Made by a program: the position numbers and the translations under genes. From positions 5,920,001 to 5,984,000 of the forward strand of contig OY969763.1 of NCBI GenBank assembly GCA_963702845.1: 64,000 bases of DNA, written 5' to 3'. Shown here piece by piece: positions 8,739-17,229 of the stretch. The notes beneath the pieces were generated by a model. That model searched no databases and was not told the origin of the DNA. It worked only from the letters and a program-made list of their open reading frames with translations. Within the stretch, counting starts at the first letter, position 1; each line of letters starts with the position of its first letter. Source of the stretch: an uncultured Verrucomicrobiae bacterium. Lineage in GTDB: Bacteria; Verrucomicrobiota; Verrucomicrobiia; Limisphaerales; Palsa-1400.

Positions 8739-9170
8739 TTACCTGCCCTCCAAAACCGAACTGACCGAGGAGGACAACGCGTCGGCTTTTGTAAGGCCAA
8801 CCATCCGTTTTTCAGGTTTTCCATTCTTAAATATAATTAGAGTGGGAATGGCTTGAATCCCCAGCCGTTGCGCGGTTTTCGGTGCTGCATCAATATCCAC
8901 CTTAACGACCTTGGCTTTCCCTTCTACCCGGGTCGCAACCTGGTCAACGATCGGCGCCTGCATTTTGCATGGTCCGCACCAAGTGGCCCAGAAGTCCACC
9001 AGAACCACGCCGTTCCCGATCTCCGCGTCGAAGTTGGAGTCGTCCACCGCGCGAACACGTGTCGATGATGTGGAGGCGCCCGCTTCCTCTTTGATCTCAT
9101 GCCGTTGGCATCCCGTTGGCAACACTGCTACAACTGCCGCGACGAGCGTGATAGTTCTCAATAGTCTCAT
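8739..9170 (-). CDS. Thioredoxin with lipoprotein-like signal
   Basis: WCGPC active site; 'IPTL' cis-Pro loop; AGGAGGA before ATG 9170; hydrophobic N-terminus ending LPTGC. Confidence 0.9.
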   Translation of the reverse strand: MRLLRTITLVAAVVAVLPTGCQRHEIKEEAGASTSSTRVRAVDDSNFDAEIGNGVVLVDFWATWCGPCKMQAPIVDQVATRVEGKAKVVKVDIDAAPKTAQRLGIQAIPTLIIFKNGKPEKRMVGLTKADALSSSVSSVLEGR

Positions 9171-9441
9171 ATTTCCTCCTACGAATACATTACGGCCTCC
9201 CTGTTCCGGAGCAATTTGGAAAGTCGGCGTCTCGCCGTGTGACTTCACCGAGCTCCACCTCTCCATAGACCAAGTGTCAGTCCTACACATTTACACATCG
9301 TCAACCCCATTTTGTGGCACGGTTGTCGTCACTGCAGTCGGCAGATAGATAATTCGATTCGGCTGCATCGGCGCATAGGCGTCATCCATTCGCAAAGCAC
9401 ATTTTCGTCGCTTAGCCGGGCAGCTCTTTTATTCTGGCGCC

Positions 9442-10005
9442 GTGAAACTGTCTGTTCTGATCGCTTCCATTTTTCTGTGTGCAACCATCGGCGCGCACGC
9501 CGAAGACTTCAAGCTTGAGCCGGGCTATGTCAGCGTATTCAACGGGCAGGACCTCACCGGTTGGGGTTACCGAACGAACAATTTCGATGGCAAAATCCAA
9601 AGCGATGATGGCCGTTACTCGGCCAAAGATGACATTCTCATTGTGCATCCCCGGACACCGCGACTGGTGGAAAAATTATGGACCACGCATGAATTCGCGA
9701 AGGATTTTATCCTGAAACTGGAATTCCGCGCCGGGGTCAACGCCGACAGCGGTCTTTTCATTCGCAAACCCCAATTGCAAGTGCGTGACTATCTGGTTGC
9801 GGGTCCCTACAAGTTGCTCAAGAAATACAAACCCCAGGACTGGAACAAAATTGAGGTGATCGTGAAGGGCGGAGTCGCATATTGCACCTGCAATGGTGAA
9901 GTTCTGGAAGACGCTTTGAAAGTCCCGGCCACCGGCCCGATTGGCCTTGAAGCCGATCGCGGCCAAATGGAATACCGCCGCGTGCGCATTAAAGAACTTC
10001 CCTGA
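9442..10005 (+). CDS. DUF1080 (3-keto-disaccharide hydrolase family) secreted protein
   Basis: Signal peptide; 'FNGQDLTGW', 'DFILKLEFR', 'DSGLF', 'WNKIEV', 'GPIGLE', 'EYRRVRIKEL'. Confidence 0.85.
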   Translation: MKLSVLIASIFLCATIGAHAEDFKLEPGYVSVFNGQDLTGWGYRTNNFDGKIQSDDGRYSAKDDILIVHPRTPRLVEKLWTTHEFAKDFILKLEFRAGVNADSGLFIRKPQLQVRDYLVAGPYKLLKKYKPQDWNKIEVIVKGGVAYCTCNGEVLEDALKVPATGPIGLEADRGQMEYRRVRIKELP

Positions 10006-10133
10006 TTATTAGGCCATTCACCCAGCGCTATAGGGCTGCGTGATATTGGTCACCGCTGCCGCATTTTGATTTCGAGTTCGGGAATTGTTAACTCCTTCGT
10101 CGCGCGCTCGAGAAACTTCGTTTTTGGATTATT

Positions 10134-10337
10134 ACCCAGGGTAGGTCCCCGTTGCCCTTACCACATCAGAACAAATTATTTTGAGGACGCTTGCTCGTGG
10201 CCCTGGGCTGAGTGCTTCAGCCCCCATTCGGGTTGGGGGAGCGGGAGCCGGAGGACGGCAAATTGCGAATTTGAGATTGGAGATTGGAGAATTGAAAAAC
10301 GGACTGGGCGGGGAGCGGTCGGAACATCGACGCTTCC
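10134..10337. repeat. Cluster of degenerate REP-like palindromes and heptamer-like repeats
   Basis: ACCCAGGG...CCCTGGGC inverted pair, CCCCA..TGGGGG hairpin, AATTGCG/AATTTGA/GATTGGG/AGATTGG run; no credible ORF. Confidence 0.4.
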
Positions 10338-10397
10338 GGTTCAATACATGGGTAACACTTTTGGCTTTATATTGGAGTGCGGGCGGGTCGGATAAAT

Positions 10398-10434
10398 AAC
10401 ATGGCGCACCGGTTTTGAGCCGATGCGCCATGTT
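10398..10434 (-). terminator. Long hairpin (terminator or REP-like) downstream of the 10875-10477 gene
   Basis: AACATGGCGCA...TGCGCCATGTT stem, followed on the minus strand by ATTTA. Confidence 0.55.
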
Positions 10435-10476
10435 CATTCTGCTCCTGGCGTCTTTTTAAACTGGCCGATGCTCTGG

Positions 10477-10875
10477 TTAGAGCAGTTTGGCGCAGTTGCG
10501 ATCGTCAACGAAGCCGGGCAGGTTGGGCACTGGCGTTTCCGCCGCGTCCAGTAACCGCCGGCTCCGTTGGTAAACTTTGCGTTGTTTGGCGACCTGTTTT
10601 TTGGCTACCACGGCTTTTTCTTCCAACAAGGTTGGAAAAACGAGCAGGGGGTAGGGCTCCAGCCAAGCGAGCGAGGCCGCTTCGTTGGCCGCGCGCCGTA
10701 AGCGGACGGTTAAGTCCGCGGTGACGTCGCCGGCAAGGATTTGCCGGAGCAAACGCGCCTTAAGTTGTTCAAGGTCAGTCCCTTGGTTGTCGCGAAAGGG
10801 CACGGTGGTCATAGGATTAACCTCGAAACGGGTGTTTCGTGCGAATTTCGTCTTTAAATTGTCTGTCGTATTCAT
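10477..10875 (-). CDS. Hypothetical protein with 'RRAANEAASLAW..PYPLLVFPTLLEEK' motif
   Basis: Clean 132-aa ORF with purine-rich 5' region, upstream promoter and attenuator, and downstream hairpin. No function recognised. Confidence 0.8.
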   Translation of the reverse strand: MNTTDNLKTKFARNTRFEVNPMTTVPFRDNQGTDLEQLKARLLRQILAGDVTADLTVRLRRAANEAASLAWLEPYPLLVFPTLLEEKAVVAKKQVAKQRKVYQRSRRLLDAAETPVPNLPGFVDDRNCAKLL

Positions 10876-10966
10876 TTCTGTCTCTTTCTTCTTCTTCTTT
10901 TCCGGTTTTGCTTTCGTTCGTCTTTTCCGGTTTTACCGCTTTGCTCACGCGCGCGGCTCTGTGGGT

Positions 10967-11004
10967 CAAAAAACAAAAACCCACGGTTGACTTGCAACCG
11001 TGGG
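10967..11004 (-). terminator. Attenuator terminator in the 5' leader
   Basis: Minus strand CCCACGGTTG-CAAGT-CAACCGTGGG-TTTTTGTTTTTTG, about 90 nt upstream of the ATG at 10875. Confidence 0.85.
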
Positions 11005-11028
11005 CTTCAAAATCGTTATCTGGTCTGT

Positions 11029-11145
11029 TTAAAAATTCGATGCCACGGTGCAAGTCGATGACCAGTGCCAGGACGGCGAGATGCGCTGTTGACGCATACT
11101 TCCGAATTGGCACGGACTAGTTTTGACTGTGAACGTGACTTTCAT
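11029..11145 (-). CDS. Putative leader peptide, 38 aa (MKVTFTVKTSPCQFGSMRQQRISPSWHWSSTCTVASNF)
   Basis: ATG 11 nt downstream of a consensus -10; TAA at 11031-11029; 3' codons overlap the antiterminator strand (11056-11042). Confidence 0.6.
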   Translation of the reverse strand: MKVTFTVKTSPCQFGSMRQQRISPSWHWSSTCTVASNF

Positions 11146-11156
11146 TAACAGTGCCG

Positions 11157-11184
11157 ATTATACGTGTTCGTATTATATTGTCAA
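11157..11184 (-). promoter_or_regulatory. Consensus sigma70 promoter with an overlapping palindrome
   Basis: TTGACA (11184-11179), N16, TATAAT (11162-11157); ATTATACG-TGTT-CGTATTAT at 11157-11176. Confidence 0.85.
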
Positions 11185-11294
11185 CTGGTGCGTGGAGTGG
11201 CAGGGTGTAAGTGGTTATTAGGTCGCAGTTTGGAGATGGACTGCGAGAAACAAAAGAGCGGGTTTGAAACAGGTTTAATCTTTGGATTCTTCAA

Positions 11295-11918
11295 ATGGTA
11301 ACAACGGATTTTTTTGCTCTCCTCGAAGAGCCGCGCAGGCCGTGGGTCGAGGTTGAGCCACTCAAAGCAAAGTTTTTGGCACTCTCATCGAGGGTTCATC
11401 CGGACCGGCTCCATAACGCGAGCGACAGTGATAAACTGTTGGCGACTGACCGATATTCGGCCTTGAACGCGGCTTATAATTGTCTGCGCGAAACGAAGGA
11501 GCGGTTGGGCCATTTGCTGGAACTTGAGTTGGAGGCAAAGCCGGGGAATGTGCAGAAGATTCCGTCGGCTTCGATGGATTTGTTCATGGAAATTGGGAAC
11601 ACGTTTCGGGAGGTGGATGTGTTCCTGGCGCAAAAGGCGAAAATCACTTCGCCATTGATCAAGGTGCAGACGTTTGAAAAGGGGATGGAATGGACGGATC
11701 GGTTGAATGGGGTTCAAAAGCGGATTAATGGAAGCCGCGATGAGTTTTGCAACGAATTGCGCGGGATGAATGCGGTTTGGGAATCGGCCCCGTCGGAAGG
11801 GGCGGCCCGGGTGGAGGTGCTTCCGTTGGGGCGGTTAGAAGAGATTTATCGGGGCGTGAGTTTTATCGCGCGCTGGACAGAACAAATCCAGCAACGCATT
11901 GTGCATCTGTCGTTGTGA
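11295..11918 (+). CDS. HscB-like J-domain co-chaperone
   Basis: 'DFFALL', 'VHPDR', 'LNAAYNCL...RLGHLLEL' follow the HscB pattern. Confidence 0.75.
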   Translation: MVTTDFFALLEEPRRPWVEVEPLKAKFLALSSRVHPDRLHNASDSDKLLATDRYSALNAAYNCLRETKERLGHLLELELEAKPGNVQKIPSASMDLFMEIGNTFREVDVFLAQKAKITSPLIKVQTFEKGMEWTDRLNGVQKRINGSRDEFCNELRGMNAVWESAPSEGAARVEVLPLGRLEEIYRGVSFIARWTEQIQQRIVHLSL

Positions 11919-11946
11919 AGATGGCCAACGCAAGGGCGCGAAGAAC

Positions 11947-11974
11947 GTCGAGGGGTCGAAGGTCGAAGGTCGAG
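11947..11974. repeat. Heptamer tandem repeat (GGTCGAR)
   Basis: cgtcgag gggtcga aggtcga aggtcga; intergenic. Confidence 0.6.
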
Positions 11975-12017
11975 AGCCAGAAGCATAGCCGATAGCCAAA
12001 TCGTCGATTAACAAAAC

Positions 12018-12779
12018 TTGAAAAACTTCGCCAAAAAAGCGCAACTTTTGCAGATAGCACTGCAGGGGAGCAATGGCGCAGTTGGATTGATTAGCTTTCT
12101 GTTGATCATGGCTGTGCTGCCGGTACGGGCGCAAACCTGGCAGGAGGAGTTGGCGAAGATGCCGCTGGCTCATTCGGTCACGGAACTGAATGAGAAGAAT
12201 TGCGCGGATGTGATGTTGCCGTCGCTGCGCTGGAATCCGGTGGTGAAAGCGTTGGTGTTTATGCCGGGGGCGACGGATGAGTTTTATTTTTTTCATCGGG
12301 CCAGGGCGGTTTTGACGAATGCTGCGCCGACTTTGCTGGATGCGGTTTCGGCGCTGACGAACCAGACTTTCATTGTGGCGACGTTTCGTGCGCCGTTTTT
12401 AATTTTGCATACGGCGGAGGATCCGATGGAGCCGGTCGGGATCGTGGAGGATCAGAAGACGGCGGAGCGGATTCGGCACAAGGAGTTTTCACATTTCGCG
12501 ATCTACAATGACCGTCGCTGGGATGAGATTCAGCCGATGTTACAGTTCGAATTAAATACGCGGGTGTTGCCGGGTACGAAGACACACGAGACGGCGCATT
12601 TTTTCCGGAATACATTTTGTTGCTGGGAACTGAATGGGTGGCAGATGCTCGAAGCGATGGCGATGGCGGGGAAGACGACGTTTACGGTGAAGAAGAAGGT
12701 GGTGATATTTGAGGGGGATACGCGGTTTGTGACGCGGCCACCGACGCCGGAGGGGTTTTTGTTGAAGAAGGCAAAGTGA
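12018..12779 (+). CDS. Hypothetical secreted protein
   Basis: Long ORF with signal-like 'LISFLLIMAVLPVRAQ'; true start probably downstream of 12018. Confidence 0.65.
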   Translation: MKNFAKKAQLLQIALQGSNGAVGLISFLLIMAVLPVRAQTWQEELAKMPLAHSVTELNEKNCADVMLPSLRWNPVVKALVFMPGATDEFYFFHRARAVLTNAAPTLLDAVSALTNQTFIVATFRAPFLILHTAEDPMEPVGIVEDQKTAERIRHKEFSHFAIYNDRRWDEIQPMLQFELNTRVLPGTKTHETAHFFRNTFCCWELNGWQMLEAMAMAGKTTFTVKKKVVIFEGDTRFVTRPPTPEGFLLKKAK

Positions 12780-12846
12780 AAGCGAGAGTGGAAGACGTCG
12801 CGAACTCGCGCGTCGGATCGATGGAAAGGAGTTCCGCGAATTTACG

Positions 12847-12896
12847 CCTGCCGATTTGGAAATCGGCGATACGGCAGGTTTGGAAACCTGCGATAC
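12847..12896. repeat. REP-like double hairpin between convergent genes
   Basis: GCCGATTT-GG-AAATCGGC GATACG GCAGGTTT-GG-AAACCTGC GATACG: two related palindromes in tandem. Confidence 0.8.
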
Positions 12897-12899
12897 GGG

Positions 12900-13721
12900 T
12901 TAAGACGCGAGGATTTTGTCCATGCGCTGGGAGATTTGTTTGAGGCGTTCTAAGGGTTCGACGCCTGTCGGACGGTAGGCGGGTTCGGCGATGGCCCATG
13001 GGCCGTAGCCGACCTCGTCCAATGCTTTCATAATGGCGGGCCAGTCGTTGTCGCCTTCCATGTATTCGACGTTGAAGCCTTTGCGGACGCCTTGGCTGTT
13101 CTCTTTTTTCTGGCTGTATTCTTTGACGTGAATTTTTTGGATGCGTTTGCCGAGGACGGGAATCCATTGCTCGGGCCAGCCGTTGTTCATGCAGTTGCCG
13201 ATGTCGAAATGGCAGCCGACGCCGGGGCTGTTGAATTCGTCGACGAAGTGAATCATTTCCATCGGGTCCAACAGGAAATTGTTCCAAACGTTTTCGATGG
13301 CGATTCTGACGCCAAGTTCTTCGGCGAGCGGGACGGCGCCTTTGACGGCGTCATGGGCGCGTTTGTAGGCGTCGGCATAGTGGACTTGTTCATCGACTCG
13401 GCCGGCGACGCAGAGAACCGAGGTGGCGCCGTAGGCTTTGGCGTCGCGCAAGGCTTGCTTCAAAGCTTCGGTGGCGGCTTCGCGCTTTTTCGGGTCGGGA
13501 TCGGACATGGTGCGGGTGTGGTGTCCGACGGTGACGCTGGCCAGGGCGATGCCAGTGGCGTCGCGCGCGGCGAGAATTTCTTTGTGGTCCTGGTGGCTGG
13601 GTGGTTCAGCGCCGTCGAAGCCGGCCTCTTTGAGCATTTTGAATTTGTCCATCCACGACAGTTCGTCTTTGCCGGGGAAGGTTTGCATCATGAGAGCTTT
13701 TTTTAGTGCGCGCTTGGGCAT
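12900..13721 (-). CDS. Sugar phosphate isomerase/epimerase (xylose isomerase-like TIM barrel)
   Basis: 'IAIENVWN', 'HFDIGN', 'IHVKEY', 'EGDNDW'. Confidence 0.88.
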   Translation of the reverse strand: MPKRALKKALMMQTFPGKDELSWMDKFKMLKEAGFDGAEPPSHQDHKEILAARDATGIALASVTVGHHTRTMSDPDPKKREAATEALKQALRDAKAYGATSVLCVAGRVDEQVHYADAYKRAHDAVKGAVPLAEELGVRIAIENVWNNFLLDPMEMIHFVDEFNSPGVGCHFDIGNCMNNGWPEQWIPVLGKRIQKIHVKEYSQKKENSQGVRKGFNVEYMEGDNDWPAIMKALDEVGYGPWAIAEPAYRPTGVEPLERLKQISQRMDKILAS

Positions 13722-13750
13722 TCGGCTAGGGTAGTTGGGAGAAGGAATTT

Positions 13751-13829
13751 TTCAACGCAAAGACGCGAAGGTGCAAAGACGCAAAGGAAGAACGGGTAAT
13801 ATTTTAAATCTTTGCGCCTTTGCGTTGAA
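13751..13829. repeat. Inverted-repeat element built from ACGCAAAG units
   Basis: TTCAACGCAAAGACGCGAAG...CTTTGCGCCTTTGCGTTGAA. Confidence 0.7.
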
Positions 13830-13834
13830 CAGAC

Positions 13835-15008
13835 TTATCGGACTTTTGACACGAAGCGGTTCATGCGGTCGGCGGCTTCCTGGATTTTGTCGAGGGCGGT
13901 GGCGAAGCAGCATCTTAGAAATCCTTCGCCGCTGGGGCCGAAGGCGCTGCCGGGGACGCAGGCGACTTTTTCTTGTTCCAGTAGTTTGACGGCGAATTCT
14001 TTGGAGCTGAGGCCGGTGCTGCGGATACTGGGGAAGGCGTAGAAGGAGCCGCGCGGCAAGTGGCATTTGAGGCCCATGTCGTTCAGCGCGTTTACGATGA
14101 AATTGCGGCGGACTTTGTATTGGTCGCGCATCTCGGCCGTGTCGACTTCGCCGTATTGAATAGCTTCAAGGGCGGCTTCTTGCGAGATGATGCTGGCGCA
14201 GAGCATAGAGTATTGGTGGATGCGCATCATCGCTTCGATGATTTCGTGCGGGCCGCAGGCGTAACCGATGCGGAAGCCGGTCATGGCGTAAGCCTTGGAA
14301 AATCCGTGCAGAAAAATGGTGCGCTCTTTCATTCCGGGTAGCGAGGCGATGCTGACGTGTTCGCCTTCGAATGTGAGCTCGGAATAAATTTCGTCGGTGA
14401 TGACAAAGAGATTATGGCGCTTGGCGAGGTCGGCGATTTTTTGCAGCTCGGCGCGCGTCATGGTGCCGCCGGTTGGGTTCGTCGGGAAGTTCAGGACGAG
14501 GACTTTGCTTTTATTGGTGATGACTTTCGCGATTTGTTCGGCGGTGACGGAGAAATCGTTTTCGGCGCGGCATGACACGGCGACGGGGATGCCGTGGGTC
14601 ATGGCGATGCTGGGTGCATAGCTGACATAGCAGGGTTCGTGATAGATGACTTCGTCGCCGGGATTGATCAGGGCGCGGAAGGCGATGTCCATGGCTTCGC
14701 TGACACCCACGGCGATGAGGATTTCGTTTTTAGGATCGTAGCTGACGTGGAAATTGCTTTTCGATGCTCGCGCTGATGGCTTCCCGCAGTTTCATCAGAC
14801 CGAGGTTTGACGTGTAACCGGTGCGGCCGCGTTCTAGCGCGTAGATGGCGGCTTCGCGGATATGCCAGGGGGTGACGAAGTCGGGTTCGCCGACGCCGAG
14901 GGAGATGACGTCCTTCATCCCTTGGACGATGTCGAAGAAATCGCGAATGCCCGAGCGCGGGATGGCGCGGACGTTGTGTGCTATGAATTTGTCGGGTTCA
15001 AACGACAT
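13835..15008 (-). CDS. PLP-dependent aminotransferase class I/II, apparent +1 frameshift near 14750
   Basis: 'SLGVGEPDF' in ORF 14730-15008; 'NFPTNPTG', 'DEIY', 'SKAYAMTGFRIG' in ORF 13835-14710. Removing one base in TTTCC gives 'KQFHVSYDPKNEILIAVGVSEA'. Confidence 0.85.
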
Positions 15009-15087
15009 CTGGCAAACAAAGCAGAAAAGGTGGAAAAACCAAGCTTCAAGAGGGGCTTCTTGAAAACCGGTGCTGCCGGGAATCGGC

Positions 15088-15123
15088 TATTTGTTTGACG
15101 GTATTTGGCGGGCTTGATAGACA
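15088..15123 (+). promoter_or_regulatory. Promoter of Phi-1-like gene 1
   Basis: TATTTGTTTGACGGTA is identical to 16117-16132; TTGACG-N17-TAGACA. Confidence 0.55.
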
Positions 15124-16109
15124 AGGCACTACCAAAGAGCAAAGCCTTGAACCTGATTTCTATCCCTAACGCAGCACTGCACCGCAGCAGATTTTATTTT
15201 GCGGTGGTGTTGGTATTTGTTTTGTCGATGCTCTCTGCGATAGCGCAATTGGGGATTCGTCCTGGAGCGATCACTCCAGTTAGTCGCTTGTACTATCATA
15301 AAGGGCCGGTGATGAGTACGCCGACGGTTTATGTGATTTGGTACGGCAACTGGCAACAGACAAACCGGACGGATAACGCGGCCGGGCAGCAGATCATTCG
15401 TGATTTTCTTAATGCCATTGGTGGGTCGCCGTATTTTGCAATCAACAGGTCGTTGTCGAGCGGGACAAACGTGATCACTGGTGATGTTGCGTTCGGCGGA
15501 GAAACGATGGATACGGGGTCGCAAAGCAAAGTTCTGACGGATCTGAAACTGGTCCGTGTCGTAACAAACGCGATCGCGTCTGGAGCGTTGCCGAGCGATA
15601 CGAACGGAATCTATTTCGTGCTGAGTTCGTCGGATGTTTTCGAGACATCGGGTTTTTGCACTCGGTATTGCGGATTTCACAAGAACACGCGTGTCACCGG
15701 GAGCGACATTAAATATGCGTATGTGGGCAATCCGGCGCGGTGTTTGAGGAGCTGCGCGCCGCAAGTGTTGAGTCCGAACGCAAACGCTTCGGTGGATGGG
15801 ATGGTTTCTATCATTGCGCATGAATTAAGCGAGGCGACGACGGACCCGGACGGAAACGCTTGGTACGATCTTGCGCACCTGGAGAATGCCGACAAGTGCG
15901 CGTGGACCTACGGGCGACACCAATATCACGCGGCCAATCGCACCTGGGCGAATATGGGTTGGGATTATTTCGACGGCAACGGGGTGCTTTTGTATCACCG
16001 TGATTTCCTCATTCAACGGAATACGGTGCGGGTGATTACCAAGACGGGGTTGCAAGTGAACTACTGCGCGACCAGTTACGATCCGGCCACTGGTCGGTTC
16101 GAGCAATAA
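15105..16109 (+). CDS. Phosphate-induced protein 1 (Phi-1/EXORDIUM)-like secreted protein, copy 1
   Basis: 'YHKGPVM', 'VYVIWYGNW', 'FCTRYCGFH', 'YAYVGNP', 'VDGMVSIIAHELSEATTDP..NAWY', 'ENADKC'. True start probably downstream of 15130. Confidence 0.8.
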   Translation: MAGLIDKALPKSKALNLISIPNAALHRSRFYFAVVLVFVLSMLSAIAQLGIRPGAITPVSRLYYHKGPVMSTPTVYVIWYGNWQQTNRTDNAAGQQIIRDFLNAIGGSPYFAINRSLSSGTNVITGDVAFGGETMDTGSQSKVLTDLKLVRVVTNAIASGALPSDTNGIYFVLSSSDVFETSGFCTRYCGFHKNTRVTGSDIKYAYVGNPARCLRSCAPQVLSPNANASVDGMVSIIAHELSEATTDPDGNAWYDLAHLENADKCAWTYGRHQYHAANRTWANMGWDYFDGNGVLLYHRDFLIQRNTVRVITKTGLQVNYCATSYDPATGRFEQ

Positions 16110-16116
16110 ATCTTGG

Positions 16117-16152
16117 TATTTGTTTGACGGTAAGTTACGCCCTGAATAGCCT
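16117..16152 (+). promoter_or_regulatory. Promoter of Phi-1-like gene 2
   Basis: TTGACG-N17-TAGCCT; shares a 16-bp block with 15088-15103. Confidence 0.6.
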
Positions 16153-16227
16153 CCCCGTTGCAGCCTTGCACTGAGACAAAGAACTGAGCCACGCAATTAT
16201 CGCGTTTATATACGCTCCGGCATAACT

Positions 16228-17229
16228 ATGAAAATTGGATTATCCTTTTGGTTTACAACCATTGTCACCTCAACTTTAGTCTCGATGTTTTCTGCGCAGG
16301 CGGATCAACCGATCGAAACAGGAGCGCCTAATCTTGTCCCGCATCGCACCAATCCATCGGCCGATGCTGGCGTGCTGCCCGGTGGGACGGCCTCGATAAA
16401 AACGATTTTGTATCAAGGCGGTCCGGTAATGGCGCAGCCGAATGTTTATGTGATTTGGTACGGTAATTGGAACCAGGCCAACGGCACCGATACCGCATCC
16501 GGCCAGCAAATCGTGCGTGATTTTTTACACGCGGTTGGCGGTTCTCCGTATTTCGCGATTAACACCACCTATTCAACGAGCGCGACGTTGATAAATGGCA
16601 ATGTGACGTTTGCAGGGGAAACCAGCGATACCGGTTCGCAAGGGACAAGGTTGACTGACGCCGGCGTGCAGACAGTGGTCAGCAGGGCGATATCGCTGGG
16701 AGCGCTGCCGAAAGATGTAAATGGCGTTTATTTTGTGCTGACGTCATCGGATGTGAACGAAAGCTCGGGCTTCTGCAATAAGTATTGCGGATGGCACACG
16801 CACGGGACGGTGAGTAAAACGGATATCAAGTACGCGTTTGTTGGAAATGCGGCGCGTTGTTTGAGTTCCTGCGCGGCGCAAAACGTCGGCCCGAACGGAA
16901 ACGCGGGTGTCGATGGGATGGTTTCTGTGATCGCGCATGAGTTGGAAGAAGCGACGAGCGACCCCGACTTGAACGCGTGGTATGACCGTCAGGGCCAGGA
17001 GAATGCGGACAAATGCGCATGGACTTTCGGACAGCATCAATATCAAGCAGCAAACGGTGCGTGGGCCAACATGGGTTGGGACTATTTAAATGCGACGACG
17101 GGAACCGTTCTTTATCACCGCGATTACTTGATCCAACGCAACTTGCTTCGCACGTTCAACGGAAGCGGCGCAGAAACTGATTTCTGCGCGACTGCGTACG
17201 ATCCGGCGACGAAGACTTACCAGCAGTAA
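16228..17229 (+). CDS. Phi-1/EXORDIUM-like secreted protein, copy 2
   Basis: Signal peptide ending SAQA; same motifs as copy 1 ('VDGMVSVIAHELEEATSDP', 'ENADKCAW'). Confidence 0.85.
   Translation: MKIGLSFWFTTIVTSTLVSMFSAQADQPIETGAPNLVPHRTNPSADAGVLPGGTASIKTILYQGGPVMAQPNVYVIWYGNWNQANGTDTASGQQIVRDFLHAVGGSPYFAINTTYSTSATLINGNVTFAGETSDTGSQGTRLTDAGVQTVVSRAISLGALPKDVNGVYFVLTSSDVNESSGFCNKYCGWHTHGTVSKTDIKYAFVGNAARCLSSCAAQNVGPNGNAGVDGMVSVIAHELEEATSDPDLNAWYDRQGQENADKCAWTFGQHQYQAANGAWANMGWDYLNATTGTVLYHRDYLIQRNLLRTFNGSGAETDFCATAYDPATKTYQQ

Noticed and set aside
9314..9330. sigma54 promoter TGGCACG...
   Set aside because: The -12 GC is missing at the required spacing.
10817..11113. 98-aa minus-strand ORF spanning the attenuator
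   Set aside because: It crosses the terminator and low-complexity purine tract; the 38-codon ORF fits the promoter better.
11163..11178. LexA box (TGTTC-N4-GAACA) at the attenuated gene, and near uvrB
   Set aside because: Only one half-site matches here, and none was found upstream of uvrB.
14730..14760. Programmed ribosomal frameshift in the aminotransferase
   Set aside because: No convincing slippery site or stimulator; four similar lesions elsewhere point to sequencing error.
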